A DNA stretch of 64,000 nt from Klebsormidium nitens. Taxonomy: Eukaryota; Plantae; Klebsormidiophyceae. The notes below the pieces were generated by a model that was not told the DNA's origin, ran no database searches, and was given only the letters and a program-made list of their open reading frames with translations. Where the stretch lies: positions 1-64,000 of the forward strand of contig DF237064.1 of NCBI GenBank assembly GCA_000708835.1, written 5' to 3'. Below, in pieces: positions 46,825 through 58,800 of the stretch. The number at the start of each line of letters is the position of its first letter. Within the stretch, counting starts at the first letter, position 1. The translations under genes and the position numbers were made by a program.

Positions 46825-49800
46825 TTACCGGTAAGAGCTGCCCCCGAACCGACGTATTCTAAACCGCCCGACGCCCGTTTCACTCTTGAGACTGACGCTC
46901 CCAGTGCTCTTCTCCGCACGGGGGGATCCCCCGGGCCGTTGCGCCGCCTCTGGTTTCGCTATCGGGACCCCATCTGTTGCCAACCGGGGGGACGCGATCG
47001 GCGGCAGATTTCCGGCGACGCTCTCCCGCCGAAGGCTAGAGTTATGCAGCAGAAAGGTCGCCGCGTCGGGAGTCCCCGGCCGCTGAGTCGACGACTGCCG
47101 CCGGCCGTCGACGAGCCAGTTCGGCGCAGACGCGTCGATCCAGGACGGCGCCACGTCGGCGCCCGGTTCAGTCCCCCGGGCTTCGACCTCTTCCGAAGCT
47201 CGCCTTCCGGGGGCTTCGCTCATCCGCCGCTCTAGGAGTTGGACCAGCGGATTCCGCTCGGGGGCTTGGCTCAATCTTCCGTCTGGCGCTTGACTCATTT
47301 TCCTCTCTGGCGCTTGGCTCATTCTTCTCTCGGGTGATTGATCCGTGGAGGGGTGGTTTGTTGACTTGCGCGAAACACGACTACCGACGGGTGACTCGAC
47401 GTTTTCCCTGGCACTGACTTGAGACATTTTCCTTTCGTTTTCTATAGACGCTGCGTTCGACTCTCTTAGATGGTGGTCATATTGCTGCGCTTTCTGGTGG
47501 AGGGGGAACAGTTTCAGCGGCCGGGCGTTCTTCCGGGGGATCATCTTCGGGTCCTTCGTGCCCGGTAGGTGCAGCCCGAGCGCCTTCCGCTCCGCGCGCG
47601 CCATGTTGCGCGCGGCCACGTGGCACCGCGGGTGGTCTGCCCCGAGCTCCGACTGGAAGAGCAGGAGGGCGATCTCGAGCAACTCAATTGCCTGCAGGAA
47701 GGTCGAATGTAATTTTGAGAGACAAAGAGGCTAGCTTGAGTTCCGAGCAGGCATTGGAGATAAGGAATGGCAAGGCGGGCAAGCTCGAGCAATTCAGTCG
47801 CCTGCAGGAAGGTTGGATGCAAGCTTGAGATTGAAGCAGAAGCGCTAGAAAGAAAAGGATCGAGCACGATTGAAGCAGAAACCCAAAAAAGAGCATGCAT
47901 GCGTCTATTGTATTGTACAGCGCGGAAACCATTTTCGGGAAAGCGAGACTCTTTGACAATGTTTGGCTATTCCGATGGACATTATATCGTCATAAATGAA
48001 GACGGAACGCGAGGATCGGCGCTCGTAAAGTCCAAAAAGACGTCCGGACTCGAGCATCCCACAACCATGTACCCATGCAAAGTACGGGTGAAACTCAAAC
48101 AAAGAGCACGCAGTGCAAGTATAACTCGGTTATATGCCTCCACGCGTCTTCAGAGAGGCAAGTGGCGATGATTAGAATACACGTGATCAATTGAAAGGCT
48201 GACACGTGGCAGGCGCGTTCTTGCCTTGTGGATCTGGCCGCACCGCTCCAGGCAGCACGCCATGTTGTGGTACGTCAGCGCCAGGTCAGCCTGTGGGGCG
48301 CCGGATTCGGCTTCCTTCTCGCGGAATGTCTGCAGCAACGGGCTCTGCTTACGTCAGCACATTGCCGAGAACTTCTCGGATCCCTTCTAGCAGGTTTTGT
48401 GATGTGCTTCCTTGCTTTGACTGGTTTTAAGAGTGTACATTCTCTTGGGAAGAATCTGCGCAGGTAAACGCATCGCGCGACTCCAAAGAGTATCAGAAAC
48501 CGTCGGCATACCCGCAGAACTTCTCAAAGCTTGCAACCCTGAACTCGCTAGAAAGCTTATGAAGCAACGAAAGCCAGAGCACACAACCGACGGCGAAAGT
48601 TTCTCCGACCGCCGCTCCTTGACGTCACTTCAACCTGCTTCGAGGACGGATCACGTGACGTCACTTGCCATGGTTTCTAGGAAGAGCTCAAACGCCTTGG
48701 CGAAGTCGCCGCGGTGGAAGTGCGCGCACGCCCGGCAGCTCGTCGGGAGGACCTTCGCGGGCGCGTCCGCGTCCAGCTTCGCGGCCGCGTCGGCCGCCTC
48801 CTGCGAGGGTTCAGGTGAAGGTTTTAGCTGAAGGATTGCGGAAGGCTTTCGCGCAATTTAAGGGACCTCTCGTGTCCAGATTCCAGCCTTCGGCCGCCTC
48901 CTGCGGAAAGGTTTACGTGCTTAGGTGCAGGCCTCTCGAAGAACCACAAGAAAGTCCGCGTCGGGGTATGCGGCTGCGTAAAGTTATTTCCAGCCAGAGG
49001 GTTTAGAGTTGAAGCATTTTTGCATTACTAAAGACCAGGGCCCTTGGCTTGTTTCAGAAAGCTAACATGTAAGCGGTCGTCTTCCGGAGAGTCATTGCGC
49101 AACTGTGAAAGTGAGTTCAACTCCGGTTCTGAAACTTCTAGTACTTAAACTTCTAAGCACTGTTCCGACTCATTTACATTTGCCTCGGTGTTTTCCCAGC
49201 ACTAACTAGTGCACGGTCAATTCAACTTCCCTCCCCCCACGATTGTAAGCATCCCGATTGTCATCACGATTGTAAGTGAATTTTCCTTTACCTGGTATTT
49301 CTCCAGCGCCAGATCGTCTTGCCCCATGCTCTCGTAGACCCCCCCCACCGCGCACCCCAAAAACACGCACGCCTCTGACGTCATCTTGGCGCGCCCGTCC
49401 GCTTGACAGGCGGCCATCCACAGCTCTTCCGCGAGTCGAAACGCCAAAAGTGCCTCGTCGAATCTGCCCACGGTGTGGCAGTAGACGGCGCGTTCGATCT
49501 GGGCTTCGACGCTTGGGGGTGCGTCGGGGGCGCAGATGACCTCTCGGATAAGACCTGCAGAAAGGCCGAGGCAGAAACTCGTCCGGTGGTGTGAATTTAA
49601 TCCTATGATCTGCTATTCTCATCGTTCCATGGGAACGGGCCGCAAAAGCGCAATCGTAGGACCAACACTATGATCAGACCTGCTTGCTGGAAGACGGAGC
49701 CATCTAATGCGGTTTAACAATCATCTCCGCATTAGTCCGCTGATCAACGCCGTGATCTCATTAAAATAACGCCGAGGTAGTCGACGCACAAATCGAGCCG

Positions 49801-52800
49801 CATGTAGAACGGGAAGTCGGTGCTTAGTCTCCACTTTTACCGGTCAACCAACGCGGTATCCAGTTACACAATGCCCTTCCGTCAACGGGCCAAAGCCGCG
49901 GAGAAACCATCTCAGCTGAGAACCTGAGAGCTAAGCTAAAAACACCCGCTTCCGGACTTACACAGTGGAAAGTCGGTGCTCGATCCCCAGTACCACCGGT
50001 CAGCTGACGCGGGGTCCAGCTTTAGGGACAGCCACGGGTTCGCCGGCGCCTCCGACTTGGCTTTCCCCTTTCTTTCCCTCTTTCCGCCGGTCGTCTTGGG
50101 CCGGATCTTCATGAAGTCGAGCAGCGCCCGGACCTTGTCCCCGGGCGACGGATACCTCTCGGCGTCCCTGCATATGAGTGACACGAATATCAGGGTTTTG
50201 GTTTTCGAGATTTCAGGGTTTTATCGTCCTTTTTTCCCTCGTCTTTTCCTTCCTCCCGTCGTTTTGGGCCGCAATCTCATCAAGTCGAGCAGCGCCCGGA
50301 GCTTTTCCCCGGGCGACGGATACTTTTCGGCATCCCTGCAAATGAGTGCCAGGGAACTTTTGGGTCTCTATCCCGACTTTCCGGCGCAACATTGATAAGT
50401 TGTCGAATTCACCCTCCGCGAACGGCGCCGTTCTGAGAGCCCATCAAATTGAAACTTATTCAAACCTTCAAAAGTCACCTTTGTTTCTGATCTCAGTATA
50501 GGACACAAAAGTTACAGATCGGAAGGAGCCCATGACGTCAGCACGTTGCACACCGGAGGGCCCTTTTAGTTTGAGACTCATTCAGCAGCGCAACGAGAAC
50601 AGGTTGGAACTCCAAAGCAAAGACTCTCAAGAGGTGCCCACAAAGACTCTGCCAAAAAGGAAAGGGCCGCCGGATCGGGTGGTGTCAAGGGGCTTACTTC
50701 CTCGTGGAGTAGGCCATCATTGACACCAGGCTGAGCGCCTCCAGGAACTCAGAGTACGTCATGCTGAGGTAATTGCCGTCACCCCGTGGTCCGAACTTGG
50801 CCTTCCGGAACGCCACCTCCAGCCGCCGGCGGGTGACCCTACAACGACACGTGCCCATTTATGACGTCAGCTCGTGCGAAGAAGACAGCTCCGGAGCTTA
50901 CTTGATACCTTGCCTTGTTACTTTGTCGAAAAGTAGCATAGGGTATTGTTTTCTTTGTTCCCTTAGCCCGTCTTTCTGGTCTATCTGCTCACCATTTGGC
51001 GGCACTCAGGGGTTCTGACAGTACTCGCATGCCGCACAAGCTGCGCATCACCAGCGTTCCCCGCTGGTGGAATGACTTCAAGCACAGTTAAGCAAGCTTT
51101 TGTCGTTCTCCAAATGCAAGTGACGTGTTTGGCGGTAGAACCTTGTCTTTTGCTTCACGTCTAACGCTCCATAATGGCGACGGAACGTCTCCGTTACATA
51201 ACCCAGACTCGTCGTATACACAGGGAAGGCGCAAAGCAAGCGGATCAAACGGGGAGGGCAAAAAGCGGTAAACATGAAGAAGCAATTGACCCGAAGGTCA
51301 ATACTTCGGCCGGAACGAGACGAAGGCGCCGAGCGAAAAGGGCACGGAACGGGAACAGACTCAGAGCAACCATCCTGGAATCAGTGGAAGAAATTTAGCG
51401 GATCAGAAGCGTGCGAGACCGGAGCGAAACGACTGACGCCATTAGTTTTGGGACCGCCTCACATTCTGGGCATGAGGTCGTGCTTCGCGCACAGGGTTTT
51501 GAACTCCGCCGCGCTGAGGGCGGCCGCGGCGTCAGCGGGCGCGGCGCCCCACGCGGCCTTGCCCGTGAAGCCGACGTTCACGCTGTCCACGCCCGCGAAG
51601 GAGGCGAACAGCGCGCGCAGCGCGACCTCGTTCTCCTGGAACACCTCGGTGACGTCACGGTCGACTGCGGAAGGGGAGGAGTGACGTCAGCACACTTCAA
51701 TTCAAGTTTTTGTACGTGCGACGTTCACGCTGTTCACGCCCGCGAAGGAGGTGAACAGCGCGCGCAGCGCGACCTCGTTCTCCTGGAATACATCGGTGAC
51801 GTCACGGTCCACTGCAAGAAAAGAAGGCACGGTATCATCATTCTCGAACTTTTGATCCTTTGAAGCCGATGTTCACACTGTCCACGCCCGCGAAGAAAGA
51901 GAACAACATGCGTAGGCGTCCTCCGTTTCCTGGATTATCTCGGTGACCTCATCTTAGACTGGCTTGCCTTTTGATGCAGCATCTTCGACTTGCGAACGAA
52001 GTCCGCTGGAAACGAAAGCACAGTGATGACGATACTCCAGAATCCCCTGACACTCGAAACACAGGTTCGCGTGATCGAAACAATCTGAAAGGATGACGTC
52101 AGCGGAGACTCACGGATGACGTCCTGGAAGTCTGCCACGTCCTGGTTGACGCGGCGCGCGACGGGCGCGATGTGCTTCTCCACCAGGTAGCGGTACGCGG
52201 CCGCGGCGTCGGGCGCGTCCGGGAACTTGGTCAGCGCGATGCTCGTCAGGACGTCCGCGAAGCGCTCGCGGCTCAGCCCCGTGATCTGCAAACAGTCAAG
52301 GATGACGTCAGTAAACGGATCTAGATCTGTTTTCTATTCTGTGTTGTACGTGGTCGTGTCAATCTTCTGGAATGAAAGGTCCGTGAGGTTCGCCAGAGGA
52401 CGTCAGCGAAGCACGGGACGGCTCAGCCACGCAATCTGCGGGGCACGACATGATGACGTCAGCTCAAGAAAAGAAGACCCGCCGCCTCTTTGTTTCACTA
52501 CGTGGTTGTGAGACACGATCCAGAAACGCAGAAGTCCAGGGACACCTCGCTAGAGTTGCAGTCGGAAATTTGAAGAAGTATGAACTGTCCAACCAGACAT
52601 ATTTCTCTTCCAAGCCCTGTGTTCGCTGTGTTGCTGCGAAATGCAAATAGTCCAAAGACGGGAAGCTCTTCCAACCAGGTCTGGCCCCTTAAAGCCTAAA
52701 CCACTCATCCTGCTGTTTGATTCGGGCGGCGCTCTGGTGGCATTCAGGAAGAGCAACTTCATGTCCTTGGCCAAGAGGCTCTCCTAAGGTTGTAAAACTT

Positions 52801-55800
52801 ATGACTCCTCAAATCTCAGAAGCCTGAACCGTTGGACCCGGGCTGCGCTTTAGTCGCCTCCAAAGAGAGCAGGTCTATGTCCCCCGCCTTAACGCCCTCC
52901 AAGCCTAAAATACAACCTTAAACCGAATCCCCAAAACCTACACGCCCACCTTGACACTTGACCCGGGCGGCGCTTTGGTCGCCTCAAGGAAGAGCAGGTT
53001 CATGTCCGCGGCCGCGAGGCGCTGCCCCTCTGCCAGCTGGCAGTCGCGGCAGATGCGCAGGAAAGCCGGGCGGTCGATCTCCACGCGGTGGTTCACCTCG
53101 CCCAGGCCGCAGTAGCGCGAGAACAGCAGCGTCACCTGGCCGAAACGATGACGTCGGATGACGTCAGGTGACGTATTTTTTGGCCTAATTGCTTTCTCGT
53201 TTTGAATTTGGATCCCGGCAATCGGAAATGGGTGCAGGCCGCAGTACCGTGAGAACAGAAGCGTTACGTGGGAAGAGGAAAAAATGTTAGAGGAAGTCAG
53301 GTACAATTGAGTTTTGGGTACTTGGGATGCAAGACCAAATATCGCTCACCGGTGCTTGACTCTTAGATAGCTAAGGACAATGTCGCCCCTCCTTCAAGAA
53401 GCTTACAGAACAGCTCACCCCAGTTTTATTGTAACTTCTCGACGTTGATTATCTTACTCAAACGAAAACAGTTCCCACAATTGCGGAAAGTATGCATTCG
53501 CTTTTGCGCGCGCAGAAAGGCGACCAAACAGCTGCGCGCACCTCTGCCTCGACCGCCTCGTTCGTTGGCAGCGGCACGTAGTACTTCTCGGGGTGCAGCC
53601 GCTCGTCCTTGAACAGCGCGAGCGCGCGCAGCGTGCGCTCCAGCCTGTGCGCGAGCGTGTTGGCGCCCTTGAACTTGGGCTCCGGGCGCACGATGCTGGC
53701 GCGAGCGACGAAAAGGACGTCAGTACGATAAGTAAGAAGGGCTGAGTCATTCATATTAACGAAAAGCTGACGACAGCGATGCCCGCAGATGTGCGGGAGC
53801 GTGTTCGCCCTTAAAATTGGGCTCCGGGCGCACGATGCTGGCATGTATGACAACGATGATGTCAGCAAAAAGATCACAAGAAGTCCCTGACGCCAGCGAT
53901 GCCCTCGGATGTGCGCGAGCGTGTTGGCGCCGTGAAATCTGGGGGGCGCACGATGCTGACACAAGCGACGAAGATGACGTCAGCACGACGCGTACGACGG
54001 GCTGGATTCAGGAGAAGGACCAAAAGAGAGCCGACGTCAGCAATAAAGTCGGACGTACGCGGGCGTGATTGCGGCTTACACGCTTCTTCGGCACACTATG
54101 CTGGCGGGAACGGATAGAAGATGCAGCGGGGCAACTTGTCACAACGAGAGTGACGTCAGCAGGACTAGTGAGAGCGCCGCCGGTGCACAATCGTGGTCGT
54201 GCCCTTTGACTCCGATTTGAAGTGCACGATGCTGGCGCTCGGATTAGCCACATGTTTCCGAAACGCAACGACAAGCAGTCGGCACCTGTGAGTGGTGTGT
54301 CGCTGCAGATTTCCCACATGTTCATTATTTCCGCGACATTTAAACGACATCTGTGAGTTGTGTGTCGCCGCAGAGCCACGTGGGCCTCACTTCGCCGCGC
54401 AGAGCAGGATCGTCTCCAGAAACTCCGGAAACAGCAGCACCCTGGGTCCCTGTAAACGCCTCGGATACGGCCTCTCGCCCAGATGCAAGGCCTCGACGAC
54501 ACGTGGCACGTTGGCGTCGATTGAGAGCAGGCCCGAGCCGCGCAGCAGTTGGAGTGCCAGCTGGCAGCCGATGCTGCAGTTCTCGCGCTCCACGTGGAGA
54601 CGCGTGGCGAGCGCGGATTCGTCGAAGAGCGCGGCCTTGTTGCCGTCGTTGGCGAGGTAGGCAAATACCTGACGGGGTTAAAAAGAGTTAAGAGAGGGTT
54701 AGGTGATATGGAAAAAGGTGCCGGGGTTGACTAGAAGGTTTACAGACGGTTAAGAGAATGGAAAAGGTTGGCTTGGTTAAGAAGAGTTGACAAGGTTCAG
54801 GAATATCGAAAAAACTAGTGGCCAACTAAGACAGGTCTAAAGATGGTCAGGAACACTAGAGCGAAACGACCAGAAGGGTTGAGGCCATCACTACCTAGAG
54901 ATGATCAAATTCCTTTGCAGATACCGCCAAAAGTTGTGTAGGTATACCTTCTTGGTGCTTGATGGGCTTACCACTGAATAGATGGTGTCCCAGTCTATTC
55001 AGTAGCACAGGGAAGAAAGCTCGCTTCAAAAGAGATGGTGAGAACTTTGATTTTCTGAAAGTGCCCCCGGGTGCGCGTTGGCAGCTTTGTCGAGTAGACA
55101 AGTGGCGGATGAAAGCACTCACACTCCAACTCTCATGCTTACATTATTCCTTCCAGTCGTTCTGAAAATGTTTCGCCAATTCATCGCTATGTTTGTGTGC
55201 CATAGCTTACCTGATACAACATGACGAGATCCCCCTGCAGCATCTGGAAGTGCTCCGGCTTCATGATCCCGGGGAAAGCCCGGTCCATCACCACCCGCTG
55301 CTCCAGAGCTGCCACGTGGCGGCCCAGGAGCTGCCGCGTGAACGCATCCTCCTCAGACTCGGTACGTACCGCTCCTGCAACCGTTTCCACCGGCTTTGCG
55401 GCGACGAAGTTCGATGCAGGAGTGGTGGGTCGCGTCGGGCTTCCGCGCATTCCGGTGGCAGTAACGGAACCGGACAGCTTCCGTGTTCTGTGATCTGAAG
55501 CGGGACGGGAACCAAGCACCGGGGAGGTTTCCCACCGGTTACCCCGCCGCGCCGAGACGCCGCTTGCCAACCCGCGCTGCGACTGGGGTGATGCCACGTG
55601 GCCGTCTGAGATGACGTCAGCGATGAGCTCCGCCAGAACGAGGTCTACCTCGTCCTCGACGCTGAGGACGCCGGCGGATGGACCGCCCGGCGGACTGATC
55701 AACGGAACGGTCACCGGAATGCTCAGGGCCGGAACGGCTATCGGAACCGCGGAATACTCCTTGGCCGCCTCTCTCTTGTGGGCGAACAACACCGTCGAGA

Positions 55801-58800
55801 CCAGCCAGAGTGCGTCCTTAAACCCCTCAAACCCTAGCATTTTTTCCTCGTCGAAAGCGCGCTGCGGCGGGCGCGCGCCTTCGCTGCTCCCCGTCTGCCG
55901 CGTGTCCTTCTTTGATTGGCCGCGATCGCTGCCAGCGGGCGTCGCCCGCCGTAGATCGCCCGCAGGGGACATCGGACGGCGGAGTTCGCTCCCCGCGGAG
56001 TCGAGCTGGCGGAACGCGCTCTCTCCCGTTTCCGGCCGGGTCATCGCGCTTCCGCCGGAATCCGGACGGCCCACGCTGCTCCATGCGGAGTCCGGACGGT
56101 CCGAACCGCTCGATTCCAACATCGGACGGCCGAGGCTGCTATGCCCCGTCATTGGACGGACCGAGTCCGTTGAGTAGGGGGTCGCCGCGCGACCGTTCTG
56201 TCCGTTTTCCGTCCCCAAGCTGGAGCGGAACCATACCTCCCGGCTAGAACGGAACCGCCTCGGCCCCGACTTCGAGCTGTTCGAACTGCTCTTGCTCTCA
56301 GGCCGCTCGGAGACCAGGTCCGACAGCCGCCGTCCCGACTCGCTTTTCTCCGAGTCGCTCTTTCCGCTTCCGCTCGATTCCGCTGCTCTTCCGCTGTCCC
56401 GGCTCGAACGCGAACGCCGGCCGTCCGATCGCCGAAAATTCGAATTGCGGCGCGACGAATGGCTGCCGCGGACGGTGCTTTCCCAGGACGGAGGATCGGC
56501 GTCCTCGTCCTGGTCCGCCGGAATCGTTCCGGCCTCCTCTTCTTGGCAGCGGAACGCGGTCTCGAAAATGTCCCCGGCGTCGAAGTGCGCGAACGCGTTG
56601 TCGTACAATAAACACTCCCGGAGGAAGAGTAGCCAAGCGGCCTTTGAAATTTGGGGTGGAAGTGGTTTGGCGCCCTGAAAAGATACATTTTGGATCTTGA
56701 AGATTGTCACGTCGCAATCGCAAATGATTAGTAAACAGGTTAGTAGGTGGCTTTTCGGAAAGGAATGCGGTTAGGCTGGTGATTGTTCGAAGGGGGCTGC
56801 TTGTAAGCGTCGCCCTCATCGTCAAAAGGCAATCACGTTTGGGCGAGTACCGTATAAACAGACAAACACAGAAGGAGGTTCATGGGTAAAAGCAGATAGC
56901 TGAACCTCCGTTCCAACATCGTCTACTTTCTTAGTTCACCTAATCAGTCTTGTTCACCGAGGCTGCTTGCCATCCAGGAAAGAAAGGGCGAAGGAAAACA
57001 AGATCACGAAGCCCTAGCAAGGAGCTCCGTGCACGAGGGTATGCCTAATCGTCCTTGACAACCAAATTGACTCCTTCCTGAAGGCTTTCGGTCTTAAGTA
57101 CGGATTCTGAAAAGCTCGACGGGTCGGCTTATCACGTAAGAATCTCGGGCGAGGCTGGCATACGTATCAGAATCTGCAAGGTTGTGCAGGTGCAACCTCA
57201 CTTGCTAGGCCTACTCTCCAAGCAATTGTGCACTACGCCGGACCCATTCTTGTTAACCTGCCGAGTTTTGCCAGGAGTTACTAAAGATCATCTCGAAGTG
57301 GATGGCTTCCAGAAGTTCCCGAAGAACACAAAGACGGGACAAAAAGACGACAAATCACTTAAAAAAGGTCTCACTTCCGTCGAGCTGCAGTACGCCTCAA
57401 AGATCGCCGCGAGCGCGTCTCGCATGTTCGACCCCTGCAGCTCCGGTTCGTACCGCTCCTCCCCGCTCAGCAGCACCGTGTGGTTCGCCCCGCACGCGAT
57501 CCCCGCGGCCTTATTCACACCGCCCAGCTTGACCGTGTTCACATGGACGCTCCGCCACGCGCCGACCGGGAAGCTCATCGGGACGCGCTCCACTGTCGGG
57601 TGATCGGTGCCCAGTCTGCCGATGCTACTATTGCCCCACGTGATAACCCGCCCGTCCACGGTCACCACTGCTGCGTGCTGGTTACCCAAACCCACATGGG
57701 TTACGCGCTTTTGGTCGAGAATCCCGAACGGTAACGGTATGGCGAGGCCCTGGTGTGCCGGCTCTGGGTGGCCCACGTGCTCGTCCGCGCCCCAGATGTA
57801 CAGCCGACCGTCCGAACCGACCGCCGCGGACACTATGGCCGCGGCGATTTGGACGACTTGCACGGGCGGCGGCGGCGGCTTCCGCAGCGCCGTGTCGCGC
57901 GGTAACGGTTCGCGCGAGCTGCAGCTGCCGTCTTGAAACGCGGCGATCTTCGAGGGCGAGCTCTTGTTGTCGGTGTGGCCGAGACCGAGGCAGCCGTTCC
58001 CATTGAAGCCCCAGCTGTAAACGGAGCCGTCGCTCGCGAGCGCGAGCGTGTGCGCCCAGCCGCACGCCACCTAGCAGATTTGGCAGCCACGTGTCATGCA
58101 CTTACGAGGTGCTTTCGATTCCCAATTCTCGCTTCTTCAAGAGGCTCTTGTTCCGCGAATCGGACGGACGGAAGTGCGCTCGAACGACAAACAAGCAGCA
58201 TTTTGAATTCGAGGTATCAAAAGTATAAAGCAGAGCTCGTGTTCGTTTCCCCATTTTGATCAAATCTATCAAATTGGTCGGATGTTTTGAATGAAGCATC
58301 CCCATCGGAAATGCTTCTACATCTTCTCGGGTTTGCAGTTTTAAGCTCCGCGCGATATTCGAACTCCGTTGCGGAGATGCTGAAAGCGAAACGAAGTGAT
58401 CACATAGGGTTTTCTGAGAGCTATCCGATCAGCAAATGCGTCCGAGCGCTTCGTAAGCATTCCCATTAAGATGATTCTGATTATTCAGGGACACACTTCT
58501 CTAGGAGGTAGGGGAACAAATAGATGAACCCCCATGTTCTTCGAGGGCAGTTGATCGAGAGCCTTTCCGAATCCAACGCAAAAACGTGTCAACCATTTTC
58601 TTCCGATCAAGTAAAAAGGAGGCAGCTATAAGGGCAGACGTCCTGGATTCGAGGCAAAGAATCCGGGCTTAATTGAACTTGTCATCTTTTTGGGCAGATT
58701 AAATTTCTTCGAGTAGAAAATAGACTAGGTGAAGACGTCCTGACTTGCGCCAAACTTTCCGGAAAGTACAAACATTTTGATCAACGATGAGCGGCGCAAA

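Noticed and set aside
54680-54840. GGTT(A)AG-rich periodic stretch resembling an interstitial telomere
   Set aside because: Too degenerate, with no consecutive TTTAGGG units; treated as intronic low complexity.
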